Source: Frankiaceae bacterium (GTDB lineage: Bacteria > Actinomycetota > Actinomycetes > JAVEEJ01). Taken from it: 37,472 nucleotides of DNA. Positions 7,275-14,478 of this stretch are shown here, piece by piece; positions within the stretch are counted from its first letter, which is position 1; the number at the start of each line of letters is the position of its first letter. The position numbers were made by a program, and so were the translations under genes. The DNA lies in contig JAVEEJ010000124.1 of the NCBI GenBank assembly GCA_030840515.1, forward strand, positions 1 through 37,472, written 5' to 3'. Below the pieces are notes generated by a model. That model was not told the origin of the DNA, searched no databases, and saw only the letters and a list, made by a program, of their open reading frames with translations.

Positions 7275-9139
7275 TGGGTCCGCGGAAAAGCCGCGCCGGG
7301 TTTGCCTCCTTCGGCGACCTTCCGATCTTCTGGAAGCTGCTGCTGCCGTTCATCGCGCTGCTGCTTGCCGTTGGCAGCGCCGGCGCCTACGTCGTCGTGC
7401 ACGACCTGTCCACCCGGTCGGCCTCAGCGCTGAGCCAGCAGCTGGTCTTGCGCAGCGTCGAGGCGCGGTCCTTGATGCATGACGCCGAGCTCGATCTGCT
7501 CGAGTCGGCCAACTACGCGGCCAACCTCAGCGGGGTAGCCGCAGCCACGGCCACCCAGGACCAGGCCACCCTGCTGCGCCTACTGCGCTCCGTCCTGGCG
7601 CTCAAGTCGAAGGTGCATGTCGCCGCCGTTCTGGATGCCGGCGCCCGGACACTCGTGGAGGTAGACCGAGGCACGGACGGTCGGGCCGTCGCAGCCGTCA
7701 ACCCCGCACCCTGGCCGACCACCGGCCTGATCCGGCGCGCCCTGTCGGAAGGCGCCAGCTCCGACTTGATCGGCTTCGTTGCGCTGCCCGCAGGCGGCGA
7801 CATCGGCATCGTCGCGCCTGTCTGCGGCGACCCTGGGTCAGGCCCGAGCAACTGCCGCCCGGTCGGCTACGCCGTGTTGACCCTCAGCGCACTTGACGTG
7901 GTGCGCCAGATCGCGACCTCGGCTAGGGACGGTGAACGCGGCGCAGAGGACGTCGCGCTCTACGAGCTCTCCGGGCCGCTTGTCGCCAGCACGGTCACCG
8001 GCCTGCCAGGAATGCTGAGCAGCGGGGCGACACCGAGCCGCATCGTGCAGAGGCTGGGCGGCGCGCGGCCGGCCGCTTACGCAGGCTTCACCCTGGGGGG
8101 AAGACCTGCGGGCGTCGTCGAGGTGCGGCTCCAGCGCGGAGCGGCGAGCGCCTCCGTGCGTGGCGCCGCAGCGCGCCTCGTCGTCGTCCTTGTGATCGCG
8201 ATGGGCGCAGCATTCGCAGTGGGTGCCCTGATCTCCCGGCTGATCCTGCGTCAGCTGCGCAGCCTCGTGCACGCCAGCCGTGAGCTGGGGTCGGGTCGTC
8301 TGGCGACGCGCGCACCGGTCCTGGCCAACGACGAGCACGGCGAGTTGGCCAGGGCCTTGAACAGCATGGCCGAGCAGATCGAGGTGGACCACCTGACGCT
8401 GGAGATGCAGGTGGAACAGCGCACGGAGGAGATCCGGCGCCTGCTTCGCGACCGTTCCGACTTCTTTGCCGGGCTCAGTCACGAGCTTCGCACCCCGCTC
8501 GCGGTGATCCTCACTCAGGCCAAGATGCTCCTCTCGCGCGCGAGCGAGCCTGAGCTCTCGCGGGAGGCGGGGCAGGCGATCGCCGCTTCGGCGCGCCAGC
8601 TGCTCGACGTGGTCAACGACATATTGACCCTCGCGAGAGCCGAGGCCGGGGGGGTCGAGGTCGACCCGCGGCCGATGCCGCTGCGCTCCCTCCTGAACGA
8701 GCTGAGGCCCCTGCTCGCTGGTATGGGCCGCGGGGTCGGGGTGAAGGTCGTCGTACACGCGTCCCACCAAGTACCGCCGGTCTGGGCAGACCCGCTGCGA
8801 GTGCGCGACGTGCTCGTGAACCTGGTGGCCAACGCGGTGAAGTACACCCCCTCGGGGGGACGCGTAGACGTAAGCGCCGAGGTTGCGGCGGAGCATGTGC
8901 GCGTCTCGGTGGCGGACACCGGTGTCGGCATCCCCCTTGAGGTTGGCGACCGCGTCTTCGAACCGTTCTACATGGTTCCCGGCAACGTCCCTCAGACCGA
9001 GGCAGCCTCCACCGGCCTGGGCCTCGCGCTTTCCCGCAGGTGGCTGGATGCGCTCGGCGGCTCGATCGAGTGGAGACCGAACCCGGGAGGGGGCACGGTG
9101 TTCTCCTTCACCCTTCCCTTGGCCACCGTGAGCGCGTGA
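7271..9139 (+). CDS. Sensor histidine kinase (two TM segments, ~270-aa extracytoplasmic domain, HAMP, HisKA, HATPase_c)
   Basis: TM1 is IFWKLLLPFIALLLAVGSAGAYVVV and TM2 is LVVVLVIAMGAAFAVGALISRLIL. The H-box is FFAGLSHELRTPL, the N-box LVNLVANAVKYTP, and the G-boxes DTGVGIP and GLGLALSRRW. The start is GTG 7271 or ATG 7274; both overlap the upstream TGA at 7272-7274. Confidence 0.9.
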   Translation: MMGPRKSRAGFASFGDLPIFWKLLLPFIALLLAVGSAGAYVVVHDLSTRSASALSQQLVLRSVEARSLMHDAELDLLESANYAANLSGVAAATATQDQATLLRLLRSVLALKSKVHVAAVLDAGARTLVEVDRGTDGRAVAAVNPAPWPTTGLIRRALSEGASSDLIGFVALPAGGDIGIVAPVCGDPGSGPSNCRPVGYAVLTLSALDVVRQIATSARDGERGAEDVALYELSGPLVASTVTGLPGMLSSGATPSRIVQRLGGARPAAYAGFTLGGRPAGVVEVRLQRGAASASVRGAAARLVVVLVIAMGAAFAVGALISRLILRQLRSLVHASRELGSGRLATRAPVLANDEHGELARALNSMAEQIEVDHLTLEMQVEQRTEEIRRLLRDRSDFFAGLSHELRTPLAVILTQAKMLLSRASEPELSREAGQAIAASARQLLDVVNDILTLARAEAGGVEVDPRPMPLRSLLNELRPLLAGMGRGVGVKVVVHASHQVPPVWADPLRVRDVLVNLVANAVKYTPSGGRVDVSAEVAAEHVRVSVADTGVGIPLEVGDRVFEPFYMVPGNVPQTEAASTGLGLALSRRWLDALGGSIEWRPNPGGGTVFSFTLPLATVSA

Positions 9140-9202
9140 CGGCGGACAACGCGTTCACTTGGCCATTGCCGTAACAGGAGTTGCGTCCGGATCCGGGTAG
9201 AA

Positions 9203-9221
9203 AACCGAATGACGTTCGGTT
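9203..9221. promoter_or_regulatory. Candidate operator: 7-bp perfect inverted repeat AACCGAA-N5-TTCGGTT immediately upstream of the ACAD operon
   Basis: AACCGAATGACGTTCGGTT ends 12 nt before the ATG at 9234. Nearby are the palindrome CCGGATCCGG (9187-9196) and the outer pair CCGTAAC (9169-9175) / GTTACGG (9219-9225). The function is only inferred. Confidence 0.3.
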
Positions 9222-9233
9222 ACGGTCCCGGGC

Positions 9234-10400
9234 ATGGACTTCAGGGACACGCCGGACGAGGCCGAGTTCCGGGCCGGGCTGCGCGCCTGGCTCGTGGAGG
9301 CGCTGCCGCCGGGCTGGCAGCAGCAGCCGCCGCACGTCGGACGCTGGGACGAGGACACCGCCCGCACCTGGGCCCGCAAGCTCTACGACGCCGGCTACTC
9401 CGGGATCACCTGGCCCAAGGAGTACGGCGGGCAGGGCCAGCCCTACACGTACCAGGGCATCTTCCTGGAGGAGACGGCCCGCGTCGGCGCGCCGGACCAC
9501 ATCGGCGTCATCGGTCTCGGCATGGCCGGCCCGACGATCACCGCGTGGGGCAGCCAGGAGCAGAAGCAGCGCTACCTCGCGAACATCCTGTCCGGCGAGG
9601 AGATCTGGTGTCAGGGGTTCAGCGAGCCCGGGAGCGGGTCGGACCTGGCGGGTGCGAGGACGAGCGCGGTGCTCGACGGGGACGAGTGGGTGGTCAACGG
9701 CCAGAAGGTGTGGTCGTCCTACGCGCACATCGCCGACTGGTGCATCCTCGTCGTCCGCACGGACCCGGCCGCGGCCAAGCACGCCGGCCTGTCCTACCTC
9801 CTGGTCGACATGAAGTCTCCGGGTGTGGAGGTGCGTCCGTTGCGCCAGATCACCGGGGACCCGGAGTTCAACGAGATCTGGTTCACCGACGTGCGCGTGC
9901 CCCGCGAGTCGATGCTCGGCCAGCCAGGTGACGGCTGGAAGGTCGCCATGACGACGCTGCTCCACGAGCGCGGGACGCTCGGGTTCGCCCTCACGGCGGC
10001 CCTCGAGAGAGCGGTCAACCGGCTCATCACCACCGCGAAGGAGACGGGCGCGGACTCCGACCCGGTCCAGCGGGACCGCATCGCGCGGCACTGGGTCGAG
10101 CTGCAGGCACTGCGCTACACGAACTACCGGTCGCTGACGACGTTGGTGAAGACCGGTGTCCCCGGACCGGAAGGATCGGTCGCCAAGCTGCACTGGAGCG
10201 AGTCCAACCAGCGGCTCACCAAGCTCGCGCAGGAGCTCCTGGGAGAGCGGGCGATGCTCTCCGGCGCGGGCGGCTACTGGGACGGCTACTGGGCCTACCA
10301 GCAGCTGCGCAGCCGCGGGAACACGATCGAGGCAGGGACCTCGGAGATCCTCCGAGGCATCGTCGCCGAGCGCGTGCTCGGCCTACCGAAGAGTCGGTAA
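9234..10400 (+). CDS. Acyl-CoA dehydrogenase (full-length, catalytic-type subunit)
   Basis: The N-terminus MDFRDTPDEAEFRAGLRAWL is typical of the family. The C-terminus carries IEAGTSEILRGIVAERVLGLP, which contains the Glu position typical of catalytic ACADs. Confidence 0.9.
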   Translation: MDFRDTPDEAEFRAGLRAWLVEALPPGWQQQPPHVGRWDEDTARTWARKLYDAGYSGITWPKEYGGQGQPYTYQGIFLEETARVGAPDHIGVIGLGMAGPTITAWGSQEQKQRYLANILSGEEIWCQGFSEPGSGSDLAGARTSAVLDGDEWVVNGQKVWSSYAHIADWCILVVRTDPAAAKHAGLSYLLVDMKSPGVEVRPLRQITGDPEFNEIWFTDVRVPRESMLGQPGDGWKVAMTTLLHERGTLGFALTAALERAVNRLITTAKETGADSDPVQRDRIARHWVELQALRYTNYRSLTTLVKTGVPGPEGSVAKLHWSESNQRLTKLAQELLGERAMLSGAGGYWDGYWAYQQLRSRGNTIEAGTSEILRGIVAERVLGLPKSR

Positions 10401-10405
10401 CCGGC

Positions 10406-11314
10406 ATGGACTTCGCTTTCTCCGAAGAGCAGCAGATGCTGCGGGCCTCAGCCCGCGACTGGCTCGCCGATCGCTACCCGCTCGACCGCGTCGCCGCGAT
10501 CTCCGACGGCGACCTTGGCTACGACCCCGACGCCTGGGCCGAGCTCACCAAGCTCGGCTGGCTCGACGAGTCACTCGAGCTGACCGACCTCGCAGTGCTC
10601 TGCGAGGAGGCTGGCTACGGTCTGCTGCCGGCCCCCTTCGTGACGACGGTCGCACTGGCCGCGCCCGCTGTCGGGTCGGCCGAGCGCCCCGCGTCGGTGG
10701 TGCACGACGGACTCGCTCCTGACGGCGCGGCGGTGGAGCTGCTCGTCGCGGGCGCCCGCGTGGTCGAGGCGTCGGCGTGCACGATCACGGCCGTCGACAG
10801 CGTCGACCGACTGCGTCGCTACGCCCGCGTGGAGCTGCCGGAGGCAGATGCAGGTGAGTCGGTCACGAGTACGCCGGACGCGCAGCTGCGAGCCGGAGCG
10901 CTGCTCGCCTGCGAGGCAGTCGGCGTGACGCAGCGCGCCCTGGACCTGACGGTGGCGTACGTCAAGCAGCGCGAGCAGTTCGGCCGGGTCATCGGGTCCT
11001 ATCAGGCGATCGCGCACCGCGTCTCCGACGTCTACGTCCAGCTCGAGCTGGCGCGGTCGCTGGCCTACTGGGCGGCCTGGTCGGTGGAGGCCGGGGACCC
11101 CCAGGCGGAGGTCGCCGTCGCGGCGGCGCGGTCCGCGGCCGGTGAGGCAGCGCTTTTCGGCTGCGAGGCGGCGATCCAGTCACACGGTGGCATCGGCTTC
11201 ACCTGGGAGCACCCGTTGCACCGGTTCTACAAGCGGGCGCAGTGGATCTCGTCGTGGAGCGGTTCGGCAACCTCGCAGCGCGCCCAGATCGCGACGGCGC
11301 TGTTCGGTGACTGA
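10406..11314 (+). CDS. Short acyl-CoA dehydrogenase-like protein (probable non-catalytic partner subunit)
   Basis: 302 aa. It begins MDFAFSEEQQMLRASARDWLADRYP and has an ACAD C-terminal helical region (REQFGRVIGSYQAIAHRVSDVYVQLELARS, HGGIGFTWEHPLHRFYKRA). It lacks the C-terminal xEGTxxI catalytic Glu motif. It starts 5 nt after the preceding ACAD. Confidence 0.8.
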   Translation: MDFAFSEEQQMLRASARDWLADRYPLDRVAAISDGDLGYDPDAWAELTKLGWLDESLELTDLAVLCEEAGYGLLPAPFVTTVALAAPAVGSAERPASVVHDGLAPDGAAVELLVAGARVVEASACTITAVDSVDRLRRYARVELPEADAGESVTSTPDAQLRAGALLACEAVGVTQRALDLTVAYVKQREQFGRVIGSYQAIAHRVSDVYVQLELARSLAYWAAWSVEAGDPQAEVAVAAARSAAGEAALFGCEAAIQSHGGIGFTWEHPLHRFYKRAQWISSWSGSATSQRAQIATALFGD

Positions 11315-12038
11315 GCCGAAGGTCGCCCTCGTCACCGGCGGCGCGAGCGGCATCGGTGCAGCCGTCGTCCATCGCCTGCGGGCCGACGGGTGGAAGGCAG
11401 TCGTTGCCGACATCGTCGTACTCGCACCCGGTGATGATGAGATCCGCTGCGACGTCACGTCGTGGGAGGACAACCTCGCCGCGGTGGCCCATGTCGAGAA
11501 GACCTACGGGCGGCTCGACTTCGTGCACCTCAACGCCGGCATCGCTACCGGTGAGCACGACATCGAGAAGCTGAGCCTTGACCGCTACCGGCAGGTGGTG
11601 GCGATCGACCAGGACTCCGTCTTCTACGGGCTGCGGGCGGCGTTACCCGCGCTGCGTCGTGCGGGCGGCGGCGACGTGATCGCGACGTCCTCGCTCGCGG
11701 GCCTGACCGCGGTTCCCTTCGATCCGGCGTACGCGATGGCCAAGCACGCCGTCGTCGCGCTGGTGCGCTCCGTGGGACCGGTCTACGCCTCCGAGGGCAT
11801 CCGGGTGAACGCGCTCTGCCCGGGGTTCTCCGACACGCCCATCATCAACGAGATGCGCGAGCTGCTCGTTGCCAGCAACCAGACCATCACGCCGGTGGCG
11901 CACGTCGTGGAGACGGTGCTGGGAATCCTGGCCAGTGGCGCGGCCGGCCAGGCGTTCTTGGTGGGCGAGGACGGCAAGGCAGTGGAGTACCGCTTCCGTG
12001 GCGTGCCCGGTCCGAGCATCCCGCTGCCTTCGGAGTGA
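11307..12038 (+). CDS. Short-chain dehydrogenase/reductase (SDR)
   Basis: Contains VALVTGGASGIGAAVV (TGxxxGxG), NAG and YAMAKHAV (YxxxK). The GTG start at 11307 overlaps the upstream stop (11312-11314) by 8 nt. The ORF-track start at 11142 would lie inside the previous gene. Confidence 0.85.
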   Translation: MTEPKVALVTGGASGIGAAVVHRLRADGWKAVVADIVVLAPGDDEIRCDVTSWEDNLAAVAHVEKTYGRLDFVHLNAGIATGEHDIEKLSLDRYRQVVAIDQDSVFYGLRAALPALRRAGGGDVIATSSLAGLTAVPFDPAYAMAKHAVVALVRSVGPVYASEGIRVNALCPGFSDTPIINEMRELLVASNQTITPVAHVVETVLGILASGAAGQAFLVGEDGKAVEYRFRGVPGPSIPLPSE

Positions 12039-12074
12039 CACTGCCGTCGGATTGACACTGCCGTCGGACTGACA
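12024..12074. repeat. Three tandem 17-bp units spanning the SDR stop codon
   Basis: The units are CTGCCTTCGGAGTGACA, CTGCCGTCGGATTGACA and CTGCCGTCGGACTGACA. Units 2 and 3 differ at 1 position; unit 1 differs from unit 2 at 2 positions. The SDR TGA (12036-12038) lies in unit 1. Confidence 0.8.
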
Positions 12075-12173
12075 GCGAGCGCCCAGCAACAGCCCAGGCC
12101 CGCACCAGGGTCGGCAACGAGTCTTCAGTGCATCGGCACACCGCACCGGTGAGCCACCAGCACAGGAGATGAC

Positions 12174-12614
12174 ATGGACACCAAGAAGGCCCCCTGGGCC
12201 ATCGGCCTCGTGGCCGCAGGAGCGATCGCGGGCGGCGTACTCGCCTCCTCGATGTCCGCCTCGGCGGCGACCGACACGACCCCCAGTGCCACCGGCTCCA
12301 CGGCCACGGCCACCGATCCAGCACCACCGGCCAATCGGTTCGGGTCGGCGCCGATCCGCCCTGGTGAGAAGGCGGTCTCCGACGCGGTAGGGGCCAAGCT
12401 CAAGGCCGCGGCCCTCAAGGCAGTGCCCGGCGGCACCGTCTACCGGGTGGAGACCGACGCGGACGGCGACGCCTACGAGGCGCACATGACGAAGGCCGAC
12501 GGCACGCTGGTCACGGTCAAGTTCGACTCCAGCTACAACGTCACCTCGACCGAGGAGGGCATGGGCCGGGGTGGCCACGGCGCCCCGCCCGCGCAGACCG
12601 GCACCAACGGCTGA
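12174..12614 (+). CDS. Secreted PepSY-domain protein
   Basis: Signal peptide APWAIGLVAAGAIAGGVLASSMSASA. The C-terminal pattern AALKAVPGGTVYRVETDADGDAYEAHMTKADGTLVTVKFD is typical of PepSY. An AGGAG RBS lies 5 nt upstream of the ATG. Confidence 0.7.
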   Translation: MDTKKAPWAIGLVAAGAIAGGVLASSMSASAATDTTPSATGSTATATDPAPPANRFGSAPIRPGEKAVSDAVGAKLKAAALKAVPGGTVYRVETDADGDAYEAHMTKADGTLVTVKFDSSYNVTSTEEGMGRGGHGAPPAQTGTNG

Positions 12615-12629
12615 GCCGCTAGGGCTGCG

Positions 12630-13058
12630 TCACAGGTCCAGGCGCTCGTCGACGGCCACCCGGCCGTCGGCGAGCGTCTTGGCGTTGCGCCACTGCAGGT
12701 AGGTCGTGGTGAGCACCACGACACCGCTGAGCAGCACGAAGCTCCCGGTGACGAAGCCTGCGAGCGGCAACTGGTCGACGACGATGAGCAGGATGCCCGC
12801 AGCGATGATGGCCAGGCCCATCAGCACGGTCCCCGCGGTGCGCACGGGGGTCTTCACCGAGGCGGCGGCGGCCTGCTCGGCACGCGAACGCGCGGAGTCG
12901 AGCGCGTTGCGCGCCCAGACGTACTCAGTGGCGAGTACGGCGAGTCCCGCGACGATGATGAGGAGTCCAGGACCGGGCAGGAGCAGGAAGACCCCGCCCA
13001 CGCCCACCAGCCCGAAGCCGGCCACCGTGACGGCGCCGCGCTTGACCTGCCGCAGCAC
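12630..13058 (-). CDS. PGPGW-motif small membrane protein (TIGR02611-like)
   Basis: LLPGPGLLIIVAGLAVLATEYVWA motif and four predicted TM segments. The GTG start shares one base with the upstream TAG stop (TAGTG at 13056-13060). Confidence 0.75.
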   Translation of the reverse strand: MLRQVKRGAVTVAGFGLVGVGGVFLLLPGPGLLIIVAGLAVLATEYVWARNALDSARSRAEQAAAASVKTPVRTAGTVLMGLAIIAAGILLIVVDQLPLAGFVTGSFVLLSGVVVLTTTYLQWRNAKTLADGRVAVDERLDL

Positions 13059-13906
13059 TAGAGCTTTCCGTTCAGCTGGGCGTGAGCTCGCTCGAGGGCG
13101 TCGAGGTTTGCCTCTTCGGCGAAGGGGCCTGACCTCGCAGCCGACTCGAGGAGCACGCCGTCCGCGTGAGTCTCGCGCGCGAGCTTGACCACCGCGGCGA
13201 TCTGCGCACCCTGCTGCTCGACGTAATCGCGATCCACCACCGCGCCGTGACCTGGCACCACCACGCCATCACTGAGTGCCGCGACCCGGCTCATCGCGTC
13301 GACCCAGTCGAGTGGATAGGAGTCGTTGAACGACGGGGGCGCACCCTCCTCGACCAGGTCACCGGCATGCAGCACTCGGCAGTCCGGCACCACCACCACG
13401 ACGTCGTTGTCGGTGTGGCCGCGACCCAGGTGATGCAGCTGAACGGCACGCTCCCCCACCTGCAGCTCGACGTACTCGTTCATCGTCCGGTTCGGCGGTG
13501 CGACGACCAGCCGCTCGAGCTGCTCGGTGATGTCGGGGCGTCCGGCCGCGGTGGCGTTGCCGACCATGCGCAGCCGCATCGCCTCGCCCTCCGTCCGCAG
13601 GATCTCGGCGCAGCGCTCGTGACCCCAGATGTCGCAGGGCAGGAAGGCGCTGTTGCCGAAGACATGGTCGAAGTGGTGATGGGTGTTGACGACAGTCCAC
13701 GGGTGCGGCGTGATCCGGCGGATCGCGTCGATCAGGTCGAGGCCCTGCTCGTGCGTCGTGCGTGTGTCGATGACGAGGCAGCCGCCGTCACCTACGACCA
13801 GCGTGGTGTTGGAGTCGAAGAACCGGTGCCGACGGACGAATACCCGGTCCGCCACCTCGACGAAGTCCTCGTGCCGGTGCGGGACCTCGAGCGCGGGTGC
13901 GCTCAC
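13058..13906 (-). CDS. Metallo-beta-lactamase fold hydrolase
   Basis: HxHxDH motif in VVNTHHHFDHVFGN, plus later His/Asp ligand candidates (HLGRGHTDND, HAGD, VPGHG). There is a GTGA overlap with the upstream HD gene (13903-13906). Confidence 0.85.
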   Translation of the reverse strand: MSAPALEVPHRHEDFVEVADRVFVRRHRFFDSNTTLVVGDGGCLVIDTRTTHEQGLDLIDAIRRITPHPWTVVNTHHHFDHVFGNSAFLPCDIWGHERCAEILRTEGEAMRLRMVGNATAAGRPDITEQLERLVVAPPNRTMNEYVELQVGERAVQLHHLGRGHTDNDVVVVVPDCRVLHAGDLVEEGAPPSFNDSYPLDWVDAMSRVAALSDGVVVPGHGAVVDRDYVEQQGAQIAAVVKLARETHADGVLLESAARSGPFAEEANLDALERAHAQLNGKL

Positions 13907-14478
13907 CCGTCGGCCTTGGCCCGCGCGGCGAGCTCCTCGCTGAGCGTCCTCAGTCGGCGGACGAGCTCGAGCTCGGGGGCGTTCGCCGCAAGCAGCTCGT
14001 ACATCGCCCCGTAGTACCAGGCCGTGCCCTCGCGGCCGCCGCGGAAGATGTCCCAGATGCGCGCACCGATCACGTCATGGTCGGCCAGAACACTCGTGGC
14101 GTTGTCCACCTTGTCTGCAGCGACCACGCGGAGCACGTCGACATCGCGCACGTCGCGCAGCTTCGCCAAGTGCGCCTCCTTGCGTGCCCGCCAGGGTGGC
14201 TTGGGCTCGCCGTCGGCATCGGTGCACAGGTCGACGATGTGCGCGACCCGCCGTCCGTAGCGCTCGGCGATCGCCTCGCGGCTGACGCCCTGATCCTCGA
14301 TCGCGTCGTGGAGCAGTCCGGCGATGGCCTCGTCCTCGCCTCCCCCGTCGCGCCACACGAGAGCGCTGACGCTGAGCAGGTGAGCGACGTAAGGATGGCC
14401 CGTGCCCTTGCGCTGCTGCGTGGCATGCAGGGTCGCCGCCCAGCTCAAGGCGTCGGCGTAGCGCGCGGAGGTGCTCAC
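13903..14478 (-). CDS. HD-domain protein resembling the RelA/SpoT (p)ppGpp hydrolase domain (small alarmone hydrolase-like)
   Basis: Motifs are [50 protein letters not shown] and VVAADKVDN, in the order seen in stand-alone HD_4 hydrolases. There is a GTGA overlap with the ilvD stop (14475-14478). Confidence 0.75.
   Translation of the reverse strand: MSTSARYADALSWAATLHATQQRKGTGHPYVAHLLSVSALVWRDGGGEDEAIAGLLHDAIEDQGVSREAIAERYGRRVAHIVDLCTDADGEPKPPWRARKEAHLAKLRDVRDVDVLRVVAADKVDNATSVLADHDVIGARIWDIFRGGREGTAWYYGAMYELLAANAPELELVRRLRTLSEELAARAKADG

Noticed and set aside
7838-10193. Minus-strand ORFs of 352 aa (7838..8896) and 361 aa (9108..10193)
   Set aside because: They are antisense to the histidine kinase and the acyl-CoA dehydrogenase, both of which have clear family motifs. 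The products are Arg/Gly/Asp/His-rich with no recognisable domain.
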